Of a stretch of DNA of 60,472 nucleotides, positions 1-12,288 are shown piece after piece. The stretch's first letter is position 1, and every line of letters begins with the position of its first letter. The notes beneath the pieces are model-generated. The model did not search any database, was not told the DNA's origin, and worked only from the letters and a program-made list of their open reading frames with translations. The translations under genes were made by a program, and so were the position numbers. This DNA is from Bacteroidota bacterium. GTDB lineage: Bacteria > Bacteroidota > Bacteroidia > Chitinophagales > JADIYW01. The DNA lies in NCBI GenBank assembly GCA_039797705.1, contig JBDKHK010000023.1, positions 1 to 60,472 on the forward strand. The letters run 5' to 3'.

Positions 1-138
1 AAATAGAGGATGAAATATAAATAGCTATTAATCAATTTGATTTGTATTTTTATCGATATTAAACAATATTAAATCATCACACATAATCTTAACCCGAAAT
101 TAATACAAAATAATTTTCCTCATTTGTGAATTAATTTG

Positions 139-146
139 TATCTTTG
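139..146 (+). promoter_or_regulatory. Bacteroidota sigma-A -7 element (TATCTTTG), distal promoter upstream of rpsL
   Basis: Exact TAnnTTTG match, followed by a GC-richer structured segment. Confidence 0.55.
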
Positions 147-278
147 CGCCCACTTCAGGAGGAAATTCCGGCTAAATTTGGAAAATTCTTCTTGTAGTAA
201 CTGCCTTCGTAGGGAGGGTAAGACTACATAAAATTAAATCTTTCTACAAGATTTCTTTGTGTTCTTACTTTTTATCAC

Positions 279-286
279 TACCTTTG
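279..286 (+). promoter_or_regulatory. Bacteroidota sigma-A -7 element (TACCTTTG), proximal promoter of the str/S10 superoperon
   Basis: Exact TAnnTTTG 28 nt before the rpsL ATG, with a TTTG at 256-259 as -33 candidate. Confidence 0.7.
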
Positions 287-314
287 CAGTCCCAAAAAAA
301 AATAAAAAGTAACA

Positions 315-725
315 ATGCCTACAATCCAACAATTAGTAAGAAAAGGAAGAGAGCAGTTTCAGTATCCTTCTAAATCAAGGGCTTTAGATGCATGTCCTCA
401 AAGAAGAGGAGTTTGTACTCGTGTATATACCACTACCCCAAAGAAACCAAATTCAGCATTGCGCAAGGTAGCAAAAGTACGTTTGACGAATAAATACGAG
501 GTAATTGCATACATTCCAGGCGAAGGACACAATCTTCAAGAGCACTCTATCGTAATGATTCGTGGAGGTCGTGTTAAGGATTTACCAGGGGTACGTTATC
601 ATATCGTTCGTGGTGCTTTAGATACAGCAGGGGTGAATAACCGTCAAAAAAGTCGTTCTAAATACGGAACTAAAAAAGGCAAAGCAGGACAAGCAGCACC
701 AGTAAAAGGAAAAGGTAAAAAATAG
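315..725 (+). CDS. rpsL: 30S ribosomal protein S12
   Basis: [30 protein letters not shown] motifs. Confidence 0.99.
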   Translation: MPTIQQLVRKGREQFQYPSKSRALDACPQRRGVCTRVYTTTPKKPNSALRKVAKVRLTNKYEVIAYIPGEGHNLQEHSIVMIRGGRVKDLPGVRYHIVRGALDTAGVNNRQKSRSKYGTKKGKAGQAAPVKGKGKK

Positions 726-767
726 AATAAAGGATGCAATAATAATGCACTTGAAAAAAATAAATAG

Positions 768-1235
768 ATGAGAAAGCAAAAAGCAAAGAGAAGATATTTA
801 GCACCAGATCCAATTTATGGAGATCCATTGGTGACTCGTTTTGTAAACAACTTGATGATAGGCGGTAAAAAAAGCACTGCATATACAGCGTTTTATGAAG
901 CGATGAATAAAATAAAAACCTCTGCAAATGAAGAAGGATACGAGATATGGAAAAAGGCAATGGATAATGTAATGCCTGCAGTGGAAGTAAAAAGCCGTAG
1001 AATTGGTGGAGCTACTTTCCAAATCCCAACACCTATCCGTGAAGATAGAAAAATATTTATGGCTATCCGTTGGTTGATTCAGTTTTCTCGCAAAAGAAAC
1101 GGAAGATCTATGGGCGATAAATTAGCAGCAGAATTTGTTGCAGCAGCAAAAGGAGAAGGAGCGGCAGTAAAAAGAAAAGAAGATACACACAAAATGGCAG
1201 AAGCAAATAAAGCATTCTCTCACTTTAAAGTATAA
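768..1235 (+). CDS. rpsG: 30S ribosomal protein S7
   Basis: EVKSRRIGGATFQIP, HKMAEANKAFSHF. Confidence 0.99.
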   Translation: MRKQKAKRRYLAPDPIYGDPLVTRFVNNLMIGGKKSTAYTAFYEAMNKIKTSANEEGYEIWKKAMDNVMPAVEVKSRRIGGATFQIPTPIREDRKIFMAIRWLIQFSRKRNGRSMGDKLAAEFVAAAKGEGAAVKRKEDTHKMAEANKAFSHFKV

Positions 1236-1264
1236 TTAATATAAAAGTCTATCAGAAGAAATAA

Positions 1265-3370
1265 ATGGCAAGAGATTTAAAATATACAAGAAATATAGGT
1301 ATTGCAGCTCACATTGATGCAGGTAAAACAACCACTACAGAGCGTATTTTATTCTATTCTGGTGTAAATCATAAGTTAGGTGAAGTACATGATGGTGCTT
1401 CTACTATGGACTGGATGGTACAAGAAGCAGAACGTGGAATTACCATTACCTCTGCAGCAACAACAGTTGGTTGGAAGTATCGCGGGAATGACTATCATGT
1501 AAATATTATCGATACCCCAGGTCACGTTGACTTTACGGTTGAAGTAAATCGCTCCTTGAGAGTATTAGACGGATTAGTATTCTTATTCTCTGCGGTGGAC
1601 GGTGTAGAACCTCAATCTGAAACAAACTGGCGTTTAGCAAATAATTATAACGTTGCACGTATAGGATTTGTCAATAAAATGGATAGACAAGGTGCTGACT
1701 TCCTAAATGTTGTCGGTCAAGTTAAATCAATGTTAGGAAGTAACGCTGTTCCACTTCAATTACCCATCGGTGCTGAAGATAACTTTACAGGAGTGGTAGA
1801 TTTAATCAACTTCCGAGGAATGGTGTGGAATTCACACGATCATGGAATGACGTATGAAGTAGTAGAAATTCCAGCAGATATGTTGGACGAAGCAAAAGAA
1901 TATAGAGAAAAACTATTAGAAGCAGTTTCTGAATACGATGATAAATTGATGGAGAAGTATTTTGAAGATCCTACTTCCATCACAGAAAGAGAAATTTTAG
2001 ACGCCCTTCGTGCTGCTACTATCGAAGGAACTATCATCCCAATGGTATGTGGTTCGTCTTTTAGAAATAAAGGTGTGCAAACAATGCTTGACTTAGTAAT
2101 GGAATTATTACCAAGCCCATTGGACAAAGAAAGCATCAAAGGTACAGATCCAAGAACAGAGCAACCTATCTCAAGAAAACCAAGTTATGATGAACCATTT
2201 GCTGGTTTAGCATTTAAAATCGCTACCGATCCTTACGTAGGAAGATTAGCATTTACAAGAGCATATTCTGGTGTTTTAGAAGCGGGTTCTTATGTCTTAA
2301 ATACAAGAAGCGGAAATAAAGAACGTATTTCTCGTATTTTTCAAATGCATGCCAACAAACAAAATCCAATCGAAAGATTAGGAGCAGGAGATATTGGTGC
2401 AGTAGTAGGATTTAAAGACATCAGAACTGGTGATACTTTATGTGCAGAAGGAAGTCCAATCGTATTAGAATCAATGGTATTCCCAGATCCGGTTATTGGA
2501 TTAGCAATTGAACCTAAAACACAAAAAGATGCTGATAAATTAGGGATGGCTCTGGCTAAATTAGCAGAAGAAGACCCTACATTTAAAGTAAAATACGACG
2601 AAGATACTGCTCAAACAGTAATCTCCGGAATGGGTGAGTTGCACTTAGAAATTATTGTTGACCGTTTATTACGCGAATTCAAAGTTGAATGTAATCAAGG
2701 TGCACCTCAGGTAAATTACAAAGAAACCATTACTCAGACGGTTCAACATAGAGAAAAATATGCAAAACAATCTGGTGGTCGTGGTAAATTTGCTGATATT
2801 CAAGTAGAAATTGGACCAGGTGCAGAAGATAAAGAAGGATTACAATTTACCAATGACATCTTTGGTGGTGCTATTCCAAAAGAATTTATCCCATCTGTAG
2901 AAAAAGGATTTAAAGAAGCACTTAAGACAGGTGTATTAGCAGGATATGAAGTTCCAAGTCTGAAAGTTCGTTTATACGACGGATCTTTCCACCAAGTGGA
3001 CTCTGATTCTTTCTCTTTCGAGCAAGCCGCAAAATTCGCTTTTAGAGAAGCTTGTAAAAAAGCAAATCCAATCTTGTTGGAACCAATTATGAAATTAGAA
3101 GTAATTACTCCAGAAGAAAATACAGGAGATGTAGTAGGAGACTTAAATCGTCGCCGTGGTATGATGGAAGGTATGGAGATGAAAAACAATGCAAATGTGA
3201 TTAAAGCAAAAGTTCCATTGTCTGAAATGTTTGGTTACGTAACAGATTTAAGAACAATCACATCAGGTAGAGCAACTTCAGTAATGGAATTCTCTCACTA
3301 TGCACCAACTCCTAATAACATTACTACGCAAGTAATTGAAAAGGTGAAATCAAAAGTAAAAGCTGATTAA
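1265..3370 (+). CDS. fusA: Elongation factor G
   Basis: [23 protein letters not shown] GTPase motifs; 701 aa. Confidence 0.99.
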   Translation: MARDLKYTRNIGIAAHIDAGKTTTTERILFYSGVNHKLGEVHDGASTMDWMVQEAERGITITSAATTVGWKYRGNDYHVNIIDTPGHVDFTVEVNRSLRVLDGLVFLFSAVDGVEPQSETNWRLANNYNVARIGFVNKMDRQGADFLNVVGQVKSMLGSNAVPLQLPIGAEDNFTGVVDLINFRGMVWNSHDHGMTYEVVEIPADMLDEAKEYREKLLEAVSEYDDKLMEKYFEDPTSITEREILDALRAATIEGTIIPMVCGSSFRNKGVQTMLDLVMELLPSPLDKESIKGTDPRTEQPISRKPSYDEPFAGLAFKIATDPYVGRLAFTRAYSGVLEAGSYVLNTRSGNKERISRIFQMHANKQNPIERLGAGDIGAVVGFKDIRTGDTLCAEGSPIVLESMVFPDPVIGLAIEPKTQKDADKLGMALAKLAEEDPTFKVKYDEDTAQTVISGMGELHLEIIVDRLLREFKVECNQGAPQVNYKETITQTVQHREKYAKQSGGRGKFADIQVEIGPGAEDKEGLQFTNDIFGGAIPKEFIPSVEKGFKEALKTGVLAGYEVPSLKVRLYDGSFHQVDSDSFSFEQAAKFAFREACKKANPILLEPIMKLEVITPEENTGDVVGDLNRRRGMMEGMEMKNNANVIKAKVPLSEMFGYVTDLRTITSGRATSVMEFSHYAPTPNNITTQVIEKVKSKVKAD

Positions 3371-3383
3371 TAGATAATATATT

Positions 3384-3689
3384 ATGGCACAAAAAATTAG
3401 AATAAAATTAAAATCATACGACCACAGCTTAGTAGATAAGTCTGCTGAGAAAATCGTAAAAACGGTTCGTAATGCCGGAGCAGTAGTAACAGGCCCAATT
3501 CCATTGCCTACCAATAAAAAGATTTTTACAGTATTAAAATCGCCACACGTAAACAAAGTAGCGCGTGAGCAATTTAAATTATGTACATATAAAAGATTGT
3601 TAGATATTTACAGTGCTACGCCAAAAACTGTAGATGCATTAATGAAATTAGAATTACCAAGTGGCGTTGATGTTGAAATTAAAGTGTAA
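3384..3689 (+). CDS. rpsJ: 30S ribosomal protein S10
   Basis: [23 protein letters not shown]. Confidence 0.99.
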   Translation: MAQKIRIKLKSYDHSLVDKSAEKIVKTVRNAGAVVTGPIPLPTNKKIFTVLKSPHVNKVAREQFKLCTYKRLLDIYSATPKTVDALMKLELPSGVDVEIKV

Positions 3690-3695
3690 TAAGTC

Positions 3696-4316
3696 ATGGC
3701 AGGATTAATAGGAACAAAATTAGGTATGACCAGTATTTTCGGTGTAGATGGAATAGTAATCCCATGTACCGTAATACAAGTAGGTCCATGTGTAGTAACA
3801 CAAAAAAAATCGAAAGACAAAGACGGTTACGATGCCGTACAATTAGGTTACGGTGATAAAAAAGAAAAAAATACCACCAAACCTATGTTGAAACATTTTG
3901 AAAAATCCGGAGCAGCTCCTAAAGCAAAATTAGTAGAGTTTAGAGGAATGGATAATTTAAATGTAGGTGATGTCGTAACTTCTGATATCTTATCCGAAGG
4001 TGAAAATGTAGCCATTATAGGAACATCTAAAGGAAAAGGATTCCAAGGAGTAGTTAAACGCCACGGATTCTCAGGAGTTGGTGGTCAAACACATGGTCAA
4101 CACAACAGATTACGTGCCCCAGGTTCATTAGGAGCTTGCTCTACACCATCTCGCGTTATGAAAGGCATGAGAATGGGCGGAAGAATGGGTAATGACCAAG
4201 TGAAAGAAATTAAATTGAAAATAGTTAAGTTAATTGCAGACGAAAACATAATCTTTGTAAAAGGTTCTGTACCAGGGCATAACGGCGCTTATGTAATTAT
4301 TGAAAAGAAAAAATAA
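3696..4316 (+). CDS. rplC: 50S ribosomal protein L3
   Basis: [25 protein letters not shown]. Confidence 0.99.
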   Translation: MAGLIGTKLGMTSIFGVDGIVIPCTVIQVGPCVVTQKKSKDKDGYDAVQLGYGDKKEKNTTKPMLKHFEKSGAAPKAKLVEFRGMDNLNVGDVVTSDILSEGENVAIIGTSKGKGFQGVVKRHGFSGVGGQTHGQHNRLRAPGSLGACSTPSRVMKGMRMGGRMGNDQVKEIKLKIVKLIADENIIFVKGSVPGHNGAYVIIEKKK

Positions 4317-4344
4317 TTAAACCTCTGTAAAGAGCATATATAAA

Positions 4345-4971
4345 ATGAAAGCAGAAGTATATAATATTAACGGACAAGCTACAGGACGCAGTATAGAATT
4401 GCCAGAAGCAGTATTTGGTATTGAGCCTAATGAGCATGTTATCTACTTAGCTGTTAAACAATATTTAGCAGGAAGAAGAAGTGGAACACATAAAACATTG
4501 GAAAAATCCGAATTATCAGGTTCTACCAGAAAATTACACAAACAAAAAGGTACCGGTGGTTCTCGAAAAGGGAGTATAAAAAATCCATTATTTAAAGGAG
4601 GAGCTCGTATTTTCGGTCCTCGTCCAAGAAGTTATGATTTTAAATTAAATAAGAAAGTAAAATCACTAGCAAAATATTCTGCTTTATCTTCTAAAACAGC
4701 AGATAATGCTATAAAAATAGTAGAAGACTTTTCTTTTGCAGGACCAAAGACAAAAGAATACTTGAAATTTTTACAAGCATTTGGATTAGAAAACAAAAAA
4801 TCTTTACTCATTTTACCTGAGTTGAATGAAAATGTGTACTTATCCAGTAGAAATATACAAGGTGCAGCGATTGCTACAGCTGACAGCTTAAACACATACG
4901 AAATTATGAACAACAACGTGATTTTTATCAGCGAAAAATCCGTTGAAGCAATTGCAAATTCACAAAATTAA
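4345..4971 (+). CDS. rplD: 50S ribosomal protein L4
   Basis: QKGTGGSRKGS..NPLFKGG..FGPRPR. Confidence 0.99.
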   Translation: MKAEVYNINGQATGRSIELPEAVFGIEPNEHVIYLAVKQYLAGRRSGTHKTLEKSELSGSTRKLHKQKGTGGSRKGSIKNPLFKGGARIFGPRPRSYDFKLNKKVKSLAKYSALSSKTADNAIKIVEDFSFAGPKTKEYLKFLQAFGLENKKSLLILPELNENVYLSSRNIQGAAIATADSLNTYEIMNNNVIFISEKSVEAIANSQN

Positions 4972-4977
4972 TATAGA

Positions 4978-5268
4978 ATGGAAATTCTGAAAAAACCTTT
5001 AATCACCGAAAAAGCATCTGCATTGTCAGAAAAAGCAGGCAAATACACTTTTTTAGTAGATAAAAAGGCCAACAAAGTAGAGATAAAAAAAGCAGTAGAA
5101 AAAATGTACGGCGTTAATGTGGAAGAAGTTAATACAGCAATTATTGCTTCTAAACCTAAAAATCGCAATACAAAAACTCAAATTATCTCCGGTAGAAAAC
5201 CGAGCTTCAAAAAAGCAATCGTAAAAGTAGCAGCAGGAGAAATTATCGACTTCTACAACGAAATTTAA
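4978..5268 (+). CDS. rplW: 50S ribosomal protein L23
   Basis: PLITEKA, ANKVEIKKAVE, KKAIV. Confidence 0.98.
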   Translation: MEILKKPLITEKASALSEKAGKYTFLVDKKANKVEIKKAVEKMYGVNVEEVNTAIIASKPKNRNTKTQIISGRKPSFKKAIVKVAAGEIIDFYNEI

Positions 5269-5286
5269 CTAATAAAGTTTTAAGCA

Positions 5287-6114
5287 ATGTCAACAAAAAA
5301 ATATAATCCGATAACGCCGAGTTTAAGGTATAGAATCACCAATTCTTATACTGAGATTACTACAAATATACCAGAAAAATCTTTAATAGCTCCTATTAAA
5401 CGTTCTGGTGGTCGTAACCAAAAAGGTGAAATGACAATGCGTTATATTGGTGGTGGTCACAAAAAACGATACCGTATTATCGATTTCAAAAGAAACAAAT
5501 TTGATATTACGGCTACCGTCAAAACAATCGAATACGATCCCAACCGCTCTGCATTTATAGCATTAGTAGTCTATAAAGATGGTGAAAAAAGATATATTAT
5601 CGCTCCTGAAGGACTAACAGTTGGACAAGAAATTATTTCCGGACAATCCGTTGCCCCAGAAGTAGGAAATACATTACCACTAGCAAATATGCCTTTAGGT
5701 TCTGTAATCCACAATATCGAACTACAACCAGGCAGAGGAGCAGCTATCTGCAGAAGCGCAGGAGCATTTGCTCAATTATCTGGTAAAGATGGCAAATATG
5801 TCAATATAAAATTACCTTCAGGTGAGTTTAGACAAATTTTAGGAACTTGTTTAGGAACAATTGGTACAGTTTCAAACTCTGACCATAGCCTAGAAGTACA
5901 AGGAAAAGCCGGAGCAAATAGATGGAAAGGAAGAAGACCAAGAACACGTCCGGTAGTGATGAACCCTGTAGATCACCCAATGGGCGGTGGAGAAGGTAGA
6001 GCGTCAGGTGGTCACCCACGTTCTAGAAAAGGTATTCCGGCTAAAGGATTAAAAACAAGAAGTAAAACAAAAGCTTCTAACAAACATATTATTTCAAGAG
6101 CTAAAAAAAGATAA
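5287..6114 (+). CDS. rplB: 50S ribosomal protein L2
   Basis: [22 protein letters not shown]. Confidence 0.99.
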   Translation: MSTKKYNPITPSLRYRITNSYTEITTNIPEKSLIAPIKRSGGRNQKGEMTMRYIGGGHKKRYRIIDFKRNKFDITATVKTIEYDPNRSAFIALVVYKDGEKRYIIAPEGLTVGQEIISGQSVAPEVGNTLPLANMPLGSVIHNIELQPGRGAAICRSAGAFAQLSGKDGKYVNIKLPSGEFRQILGTCLGTIGTVSNSDHSLEVQGKAGANRWKGRRPRTRPVVMNPVDHPMGGGEGRASGGHPRSRKGIPAKGLKTRSKTKASNKHIISRAKKR

Positions 6115-6123
6115 TCTAGCATC

Positions 6124-6390
6124 ATGGCAAGAAGTTTAAAAAAAGGACCTTATATAGCATACCACTTACAAGCAAAAGTGGATACTATGAACGCCTCCAG
6201 CAAAAAAACAGTAATCAAAACTTGGTCAAGAGCCTCTATGATTACACCAGATTTTGTTGGTCATACATTTGCAGTACATAACGGAAATAAATTTATTCCT
6301 GTGTATATAACTGAAAATATGGTAGGTCACAAATTAGGAGAATTTTCTCCAACTAGACAATTTAAAGGACATTCAGGTAACAGAAAATAA
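6124..6390 (+). CDS. rpsS: 30S ribosomal protein S19
   Basis: [26 protein letters not shown]. Confidence 0.99.
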   Translation: MARSLKKGPYIAYHLQAKVDTMNASSKKTVIKTWSRASMITPDFVGHTFAVHNGNKFIPVYITENMVGHKLGEFSPTRQFKGHSGNRK

Positions 6391-6399
6391 TACTAAACC

Positions 6400-6828
6400 A
6401 TGGGTCAAAGAAAAAGAATAGCAGCAGACGCTAGAAAAGAAGCAAATAAATCAATTTGCACCGCAAGAGCAACCAATGTACCTACATCTCCTCGAAAAAT
6501 GAGATTGATAGCTGATGTAGTTAGAGGTAAAGATATATTCGATGCATTGAACGTTTTGACATTTTCTACAAAACATGCTTCTATAACATTAGAAAAATTA
6601 GTTCGTACTGCAATTGCAAATTGGGAACAAAAATTCCAATCAAAAGCAGAAGACAGCGAGTTGTATATAAAATCCATAACAGTGGACAGCGCAAGAACTC
6701 TAAAACGCTTTCAACCAGCACCACAAGGTAGAGCATATAGAATTCGCAAACGTTCAAACCACATTACGGTTCAATTAGCAAGCAGAAGCGAAGCAAATGT
6801 ACTAACAGAAGAAAATAACGAAAACTAA
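6400..6828 (+). CDS. rplV: 50S ribosomal protein L22
   Basis: [25 protein letters not shown]. Confidence 0.98.
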   Translation: MGQRKRIAADARKEANKSICTARATNVPTSPRKMRLIADVVRGKDIFDALNVLTFSTKHASITLEKLVRTAIANWEQKFQSKAEDSELYIKSITVDSARTLKRFQPAPQGRAYRIRKRSNHITVQLASRSEANVLTEENNEN

Positions 6829-6841
6829 AATAGAATAATTA

Positions 6842-7645
6842 ATGGGACAAAAGGCTAACCCGATAGTAAATAGATTAGGTATCATCCGAGGATGGGATTC
6901 TAATTGGTATGGCGGAAGAGATTTCAGTGATAAATTGATCGAAGATCAAAAAATTAGAAAATACTTAAACGCTCGTATTCAAAAAGGAGGTATCTCTAAA
7001 ATTGTTATCGAGAGAACATTAAATAGAATCACTATTTCAATCCATACTTCTCGTCCCGGTATTATTATCGGAAAAGGCGGAAATGAGGTAGATAAAATCA
7101 AAGAAGAAATTAAGAAATTAACGAAAAAAGATGTTCAAATCAATATCGTTGAAATCAGAAGACCTGAAATTGATGCAGCTATTGTTGGTGAAACTGTTTG
7201 CAAACAACTAGAAGCACGTGTAAATTTCCGTCGTGCCGTAAAAATGGCTATCGCATCAGCTATGCGCTTAGGAGTAGAAGGAATTAAAATAAAATGTTCT
7301 GGTCGTTTAGGTGGAGCAGAGATGGCAAGAAGTGAAGAATATAAAGAAGGACGCACCCCATTACATACCTTTAGAGCAGATATAGACTATGCTTGGAAAG
7401 AAGCAGAAACTATCTACGGAAAAATAGGCGTAAAAGTTTGGATTTGCAAAGGCGAAGTATTTACAAAACGTGATTTATCTCCAAATGTAACAAATGAAGA
7501 TGGTGGAAAACGCGGTGGAAACGATAGACGTGGTGATAGAAGAGACGACAGAAGAGACGACAGAAGAAGTGGAGGAGGAGATAATAAACGTGGTGGCAAG
7601 CCAAGAGGAGAAAGATCAGACAATAGAGGACCAAGAAAAAAATAA
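6842..7645 (+). CDS. rpsC: 30S ribosomal protein S3 with an R/D/G-rich C-terminal tail
   Basis: [29 protein letters not shown]. Confidence 0.99.
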   Translation: MGQKANPIVNRLGIIRGWDSNWYGGRDFSDKLIEDQKIRKYLNARIQKGGISKIVIERTLNRITISIHTSRPGIIIGKGGNEVDKIKEEIKKLTKKDVQINIVEIRRPEIDAAIVGETVCKQLEARVNFRRAVKMAIASAMRLGVEGIKIKCSGRLGGAEMARSEEYKEGRTPLHTFRADIDYAWKEAETIYGKIGVKVWICKGEVFTKRDLSPNVTNEDGGKRGGNDRRGDRRDDRRDDRRSGGGDNKRGGKPRGERSDNRGPRKK

Positions 7646-7650
7646 TTGTA

Positions 7651-7700
7651 AAAGACAAAGACGTAAGAATATAAATCTGAAATCTGAAATCTAAAATCTA
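7651..7700. repeat. Intergenic heptamer tract (AAATCTG x2, AAATCTA x2) preceded by a purine-rich arm
   Basis: Four tandem 7-mers at 7673-7700 between rpsC and rplP. Confidence 0.6.
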
Positions 7701-7715
7701 AAATAATAAGGTGTT

Positions 7716-8138
7716 ATGTTACAACCGAAAAGAGTAAAATTTAGAAGAGTTCATAAAATGAAAATGAAAGGCATTGCGTACAGAGGTTCGCAATTGTCAT
7801 TCGGTTCATTCGGATTAAAATCCTTAGACGAAGGATGGATTACAGATCGTCAAATTGAAGCAGCTCGTATTGCACTGACTAGACACATGAAACGGGAAGG
7901 TAAAGTATGGATTAATATATTTCCAGATAAACCAATCACTAAAAAACCAGCAGAGGTGCGTATGGGTAAAGGTAAAGGTGCTTTAGACCATTGGGTAGCT
8001 GTAGTAAAACCAGGAAGAATCCTTTTTGAAATTGAAGGCGTATCCAAACAAGTAGCAGAAGAATCATTAAAACTTGCCGCTCAAAAATTACCAATCCTAA
8101 CAAAAGTTATAGTTAGAAGAGATTACGACGCAGCTTAA
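7716..8138 (+). CDS. rplP: 50S ribosomal protein L16
   Basis: [21 protein letters not shown]. Confidence 0.99.
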   Translation: MLQPKRVKFRRVHKMKMKGIAYRGSQLSFGSFGLKSLDEGWITDRQIEAARIALTRHMKREGKVWINIFPDKPITKKPAEVRMGKGKGALDHWVAVVKPGRILFEIEGVSKQVAEESLKLAAQKLPILTKVIVRRDYDAA

Positions 8139-8156
8139 TTAATAAAAAATATAAAA

Positions 8157-8369
8157 ATGGCAGCAAAAGCAGCAAAAATAGAAGTAACAGCATGGAACGA
8201 TGAAGAGTTGAGCAATGAATTGTCAGCTACAAAAATGAAATTGACAAAATTGCGTTTCAACCACGCCATCACACCATTAGAAGATACCAATGTGTTGAAA
8301 GAAACAAAAAAACACATCGCTCGTATCAACACAGAAATAAGAAAAAGACAATTATCTAAACAAGCATAA
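8157..8369 (+). CDS. rpmC: 50S ribosomal protein L29
   Basis: LRFNHA...KKHIARINT; operon position. Confidence 0.96.
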   Translation: MAAKAAKIEVTAWNDEELSNELSATKMKLTKLRFNHAITPLEDTNVLKETKKHIARINTEIRKRQLSKQA

Positions 8370-8380
8370 ATACAGTGCAG

Positions 8381-8653
8381 ATGACAACCGAGTTAACAAC
8401 GGAAAGAAAATTAAGAAAAACAAGAGTTGGAGTGGTAACGTCCAATAAAATGGACAAAACCATAACAGTAGCTGTTGTTCGTAAATTAAAACATCCTAAG
8501 TATGGAAAGTTTTTGAAAAAAACTAAAAAATTCCATGCACACGATGAAAAAAATGAATGCAATATCGGCGATACTGTGAAAATCATGGAAACTCGCCCAT
8601 TAAGTGCAACAAAAAGATGGAGATTAGTAGAAATCGTTGAAAAGGCTAAATAA
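8381..8653 (+). CDS. rpsQ: 30S ribosomal protein S17
   Basis: [28 protein letters not shown]; ATG at 8381 preferred over GTG at 8375. Confidence 0.98.
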   Translation: MTTELTTERKLRKTRVGVVTSNKMDKTITVAVVRKLKHPKYGKFLKKTKKFHAHDEKNECNIGDTVKIMETRPLSATKRWRLVEIVEKAK

Positions 8654-8655
8654 CA

Positions 8656-9024
8656 ATGGTACAACAAGAATCAAGATTAAAAGTAGCTGACAACAGCGGC
8701 GCCAAAGAAGTACTTTGCATCAGAGTATTGAAAGGAACAAAATCACGTTACGCATCAATTGGAGATAAAATAGTAGTATCTGTAAAAGATGCTATGCCAG
8801 GCGGTAACGTAAAGAAAAAACAAGTATCCAAAGCGGTAGTTGTTAGAACAAAAAAAGAAATCAAACGCAAAGATGGATCTTATATCCGCTTTGACGACAA
8901 TGCAGTAGTATTGTTGAATAACAACGACGAACCTCGTGGCACACGTATCTTCGGCCCCGTTGCTCGCGAGTTGAGAGATAGAGATTTCATGAAAATTATT
9001 TCATTAGCACCAGAAGTATTATAA
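8656..9024 (+). CDS. rplN: 50S ribosomal protein L14
   Basis: [27 protein letters not shown]. Confidence 0.99.
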   Translation: MVQQESRLKVADNSGAKEVLCIRVLKGTKSRYASIGDKIVVSVKDAMPGGNVKKKQVSKAVVVRTKKEIKRKDGSYIRFDDNAVVLLNNNDEPRGTRIFGPVARELRDRDFMKIISLAPEVL

Positions 9025-9025
9025 T

Positions 9026-9364
9026 ATGAGTACATCAGCACAAAAGCGTTTTACGCCTAAGTTAAAAATTAAAAAAGGAGATACCGTTATCGTTATTGCC
9101 GGTGAAGACAAAGGCAAAAATGGTAAAGTATTAGAAGTATTTCCTAAAGAAAATACAGCATTAGTACAAGGAGTTAGAATCGTTTCTAAACACACTAAAC
9201 CAAATGCACAAAATCAACAAGGTGGTATTGTAAAACAAGAAGCACCTATCAATATCTCTAACTTAAAACTTACAATAGCTGGAAAAGCAACTAGAGTAGG
9301 AAGAAAAGTAGAAGATGGAAAAATAGTAAGAATAGCAAAATCAACAGGAGAAATTATTAAATAA
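9026..9364 (+). CDS. rplX: 50S ribosomal protein L24
   Basis: KOW motif [25 protein letters not shown]. Confidence 0.98.
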   Translation: MSTSAQKRFTPKLKIKKGDTVIVIAGEDKGKNGKVLEVFPKENTALVQGVRIVSKHTKPNAQNQQGGIVKQEAPINISNLKLTIAGKATRVGRKVEDGKIVRIAKSTGEIIK

Positions 9365-9915
9365 TGAGTTACATACCTTCATTAAAGAAAAAATATACTG
9401 AAGAAGTAGTACCTGCTTTAAAAACCAAGTACAACTATAAATCAGTAATGCAAGTACCTAAGTTATCTAAGATTGTAATCAGTCAAGGTGTAGGTGCTGC
9501 TGTAGGTGACAAGAAATTGATAGATACTTCTATCGACGAAATCACCAGAATTTCAGGTCAAAAAGCAGTATCTACAAAGTCTAAAAAAGCAATCTCTAAC
9601 TTTAAATTAAGAGAAAACTTACCTATCGGTGTTCGAGTAACTTTGCGCGCTGAAAGAATGTACGAGTTCTTAGAAAGACTAATGGCTGTTGCTTTACCAC
9701 AAGTTCGTGACTTCAAAGGCATCAACGACAAATCTTTTGATGGCCGTGGAAACTACACTTTAGGTATCACAGAACATATCATCTTCCCAGAAATTGATAT
9801 AGATAAAATATCAAAAATCAACGGTATGGACATCACTTTCGTGACTACAGCAAATACAGATGACGAAGCATATTCATTATTAAAAGAAATTGGTTTACCA
9901 TTTAAGAAAAAATAA
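9364..9915 (+). CDS. rplE: 50S ribosomal protein L5
   Basis: [23 protein letters not shown]. Confidence 0.99.
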   Translation: MSYIPSLKKKYTEEVVPALKTKYNYKSVMQVPKLSKIVISQGVGAAVGDKKLIDTSIDEITRISGQKAVSTKSKKAISNFKLRENLPIGVRVTLRAERMYEFLERLMAVALPQVRDFKGINDKSFDGRGNYTLGITEHIIFPEIDIDKISKINGMDITFVTTANTDDEAYSLLKEIGLPFKKK

Positions 9916-9917
9916 GC

Positions 9918-10187
9918 ATGGCAAAAGAATCAATGAAAGCACGCGACGCAAAGCGTTTGAAGCTAATCAACAAATACAAAGCAAAGCGTGATCAACTAAA
10001 AAAAGAAGGAAATTACGAAGCCTTAGATAAACTTCCAAAAAATGCATCACCGGTACGATACCGAAATAGATGTAAATTAACAGGACGCCCACGTGGATAC
10101 ATAGGATTCTTTGGACTTTCTAGAATTCAATTCCGCGATTTGGCAAGCTACGGAAAAATTCCAGGTGTAACAAAAGCAAGTTGGTAA
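9918..10187 (+). CDS. rpsN: 30S ribosomal protein S14 (89-aa, zinc-independent type)
   Basis: [29 protein letters not shown]; single Cys. Confidence 0.98.
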   Translation: MAKESMKARDAKRLKLINKYKAKRDQLKKEGNYEALDKLPKNASPVRYRNRCKLTGRPRGYIGFFGLSRIQFRDLASYGKIPGVTKASW

Positions 10188-10353
10188 AACGAGAAAGAGA
10201 ATAAATGAGAAAGTTCTAAAATTTATAGCACTAAATCTTATAATCTCCAATCTCAATATATAAATAAATTTTTAAAATAAAGTGAAGGTGGGAAACTGGG
10301 TTGTTCAACATCTTAAGTCTCACATCTAAGCGATCTAAAACAAAAAAATAGAA

Positions 10354-10752
10354 ATGGTTACAGATCCAATAGCAGATTATCTAACAAGAATAAGAAATGC
10401 ACAGCTCGCAGGACATACTATCGTTGACATTCCTGCTTCTAACATGAAAAAGAAACTAACTGAAATTCTACATGAAAACGGTTATATCTTAAAATTTAAA
10501 TTTGACGAAGACGGTCCACAAGGAATCATCAAGATTGCACTTAAATACAATCCTGAAACCAAAGAACCAGCTATCAGAGAATTAGTAAGAATATCTAAAC
10601 CAGGATTACGTCGTTACTCTCATGTAACTGGAATACCAAGAGTAAAAAATGGTTTAGGCTTAGCTATCTTGTCCACATCAAAAGGAATTTTGACAGACAA
10701 ACAAGCTAAAAACTTGAATGTAGGTGGTGAAATAATTTGCATAGTATCTTAA
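10354..10752 (+). CDS. rpsH: 30S ribosomal protein S8
   Basis: [27 protein letters not shown]. Confidence 0.99.
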   Translation: MVTDPIADYLTRIRNAQLAGHTIVDIPASNMKKKLTEILHENGYILKFKFDEDGPQGIIKIALKYNPETKEPAIRELVRISKPGLRRYSHVTGIPRVKNGLGLAILSTSKGILTDKQAKNLNVGGEIICIVS

Positions 10753-10763
10753 AATTAACAGAC

Positions 10764-11321
10764 ATGTCACGCGTAGGAAAATTACCCATAACAATACCGG
10801 CAAAAACAGAAGTAAACGTTGCCGGAAATAACGTAGTCACTATAAAAGGACCTAAAGGAACTTTGTCTGAAAAAGTGGACAGAGAAATAGCAGTGAAAGT
10901 AGAAGATGGAAAAATCATCATCGAACGTCCAACAGAGCAAAAACGTCATAAAACATTACATGGATTATATAGAGCTTTGATTAACAATATGGTCGTAGGA
11001 GCAAGCCAAGGTTACACCAAAACATTAGATGTTATCGGGGTAGGTTTTCGTGCAAGCAACCAAGGTCAATTGTTAGAATTAGCAATCGGTTATTCACATC
11101 CAGTATATGTATTACTTCCAGATGAAATTAAAGTATCCACCGTTTCAGAAAAAGGTAAACCACCACGTATTATCTTGGAAAGTATCGACAAACAATTAAT
11201 TGGTCACGTAGCCGCAAAAATTAGAAGTTTAAGAAAACCAGAACCATATAAAGGTAAAGGTATAAAATATACAGAAGAAATATTACGTAAAAAAGCAGGT
11301 AAATCTGCAGGTAAAAAATAA
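10764..11321 (+). CDS. rplF: 50S ribosomal protein L6
   Basis: MSRVGK, KGPKG, RKPEPYKGKGIKY; start moved to ATG at 10764. Confidence 0.99.
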   Translation: MSRVGKLPITIPAKTEVNVAGNNVVTIKGPKGTLSEKVDREIAVKVEDGKIIIERPTEQKRHKTLHGLYRALINNMVVGASQGYTKTLDVIGVGFRASNQGQLLELAIGYSHPVYVLLPDEIKVSTVSEKGKPPRIILESIDKQLIGHVAAKIRSLRKPEPYKGKGIKYTEEILRKKAGKSAGKK

Positions 11322-11376
11322 ATCACATTGATATAGTAAGACCACTTATCTTGCATATCAACTAAAAATTATTGTC

Positions 11377-11721
11377 ATGGCAGTAACAAATAAATTATCT
11401 CGAAGAGAAAAAATAAAATTCAGAATCCGTAAGAAAATTGTCGGAACTACAGAACGCCCAAGACTATGTGTTTTCCGTAGTAATGCTGAAATCTACGCAC
11501 AGATTATTGATGATGAAACTCAAAAAACACTATTATCTGTTTCATCTGTAAAAGGAACTGGAAATAAAACAGAAAAAGCAAAAGCAGTAGGAACAGCCAT
11601 TGCAGATAAAGCAAAAGCCGCTAATATTACTTCTGTAGTTTTCGACAGAAATGGATTTTTGTACCACGGTAGAGTTAAAGCCTTAGCAGATGCCGCAAGA
11701 GAAAATGGTTTACAATTCTAA
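11377..11721 (+). CDS. rplR: 50S ribosomal protein L18
   Basis: [27 protein letters not shown]. Confidence 0.99.
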   Translation: MAVTNKLSRREKIKFRIRKKIVGTTERPRLCVFRSNAEIYAQIIDDETQKTLLSVSSVKGTGNKTEKAKAVGTAIADKAKAANITSVVFDRNGFLYHGRVKALADAARENGLQF

Positions 11722-11762
11722 TGCACACATTAAAAGCGTAGAACAAAAAAAATAAATTAGAT

Positions 11763-12284
11763 ATGTCAAAAGTAAAAGAAAATAAAGTAAGAGCAGCAGC
11801 TGAAATAGAACTAAAAGAAAAAGTAGTTGGTATTCAACGCGTAGCTAAAGTTACTAAAGGTGGACGTACTTTCAGTTTCTCAGCATTAGTAGTTGTCGGA
11901 GACGGCAACGGAACCGTTGGTCATGGCTTAGGTAAAGCACGTGAGGTTCAAGAAGCTATTCAAAAAGGAATAGACGATGCAAAGAAAAATTTGATAAAAA
12001 TTCCAATTTTAAAAGGTACTATCCCACACGACCAAAACGCAGAATTTGACGGAGCAAAAGTTTTAATTAAACCCGCATCCCAAGGTACAGGTGTTATTGC
12101 TGGAGGTACAATGCGTGCTGTTTTGGAAAGCGTAGGAATACACGATATATTAGCAAAATCACTAGGTTCGGCTAATCCGCACAACGTGGTAAAAGCAACA
12201 TTCAAGGCACTAACTTTATTAAGAGATCCATATCGTGTATCTCGTGACAGAGGAATTAAATTAACGAAAGTATTTAATGGTTAA
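11763..12284 (+). CDS. rpsE: 30S ribosomal protein S5
   Basis: [28 protein letters not shown]. Confidence 0.99.
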   Translation: MSKVKENKVRAAAEIELKEKVVGIQRVAKVTKGGRTFSFSALVVVGDGNGTVGHGLGKAREVQEAIQKGIDDAKKNLIKIPILKGTIPHDQNAEFDGAKVLIKPASQGTGVIAGGTMRAVLESVGIHDILAKSLGSANPHNVVKATFKALTLLRDPYRVSRDRGIKLTKVFNG

Positions 12285-12288
12285 AATT

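Noticed and set aside
3371-3383. Absence of tuf after fusA, and of adk after secY
   Set aside because: Normal gene order for Bacteroidota
7414-7694. Alternative-frame ORFs over the rpsC tail, including the EETT-repeat ORF
   Set aside because: By-products of a 12-nt repeat encoding the RRDD low-complexity tail of S3
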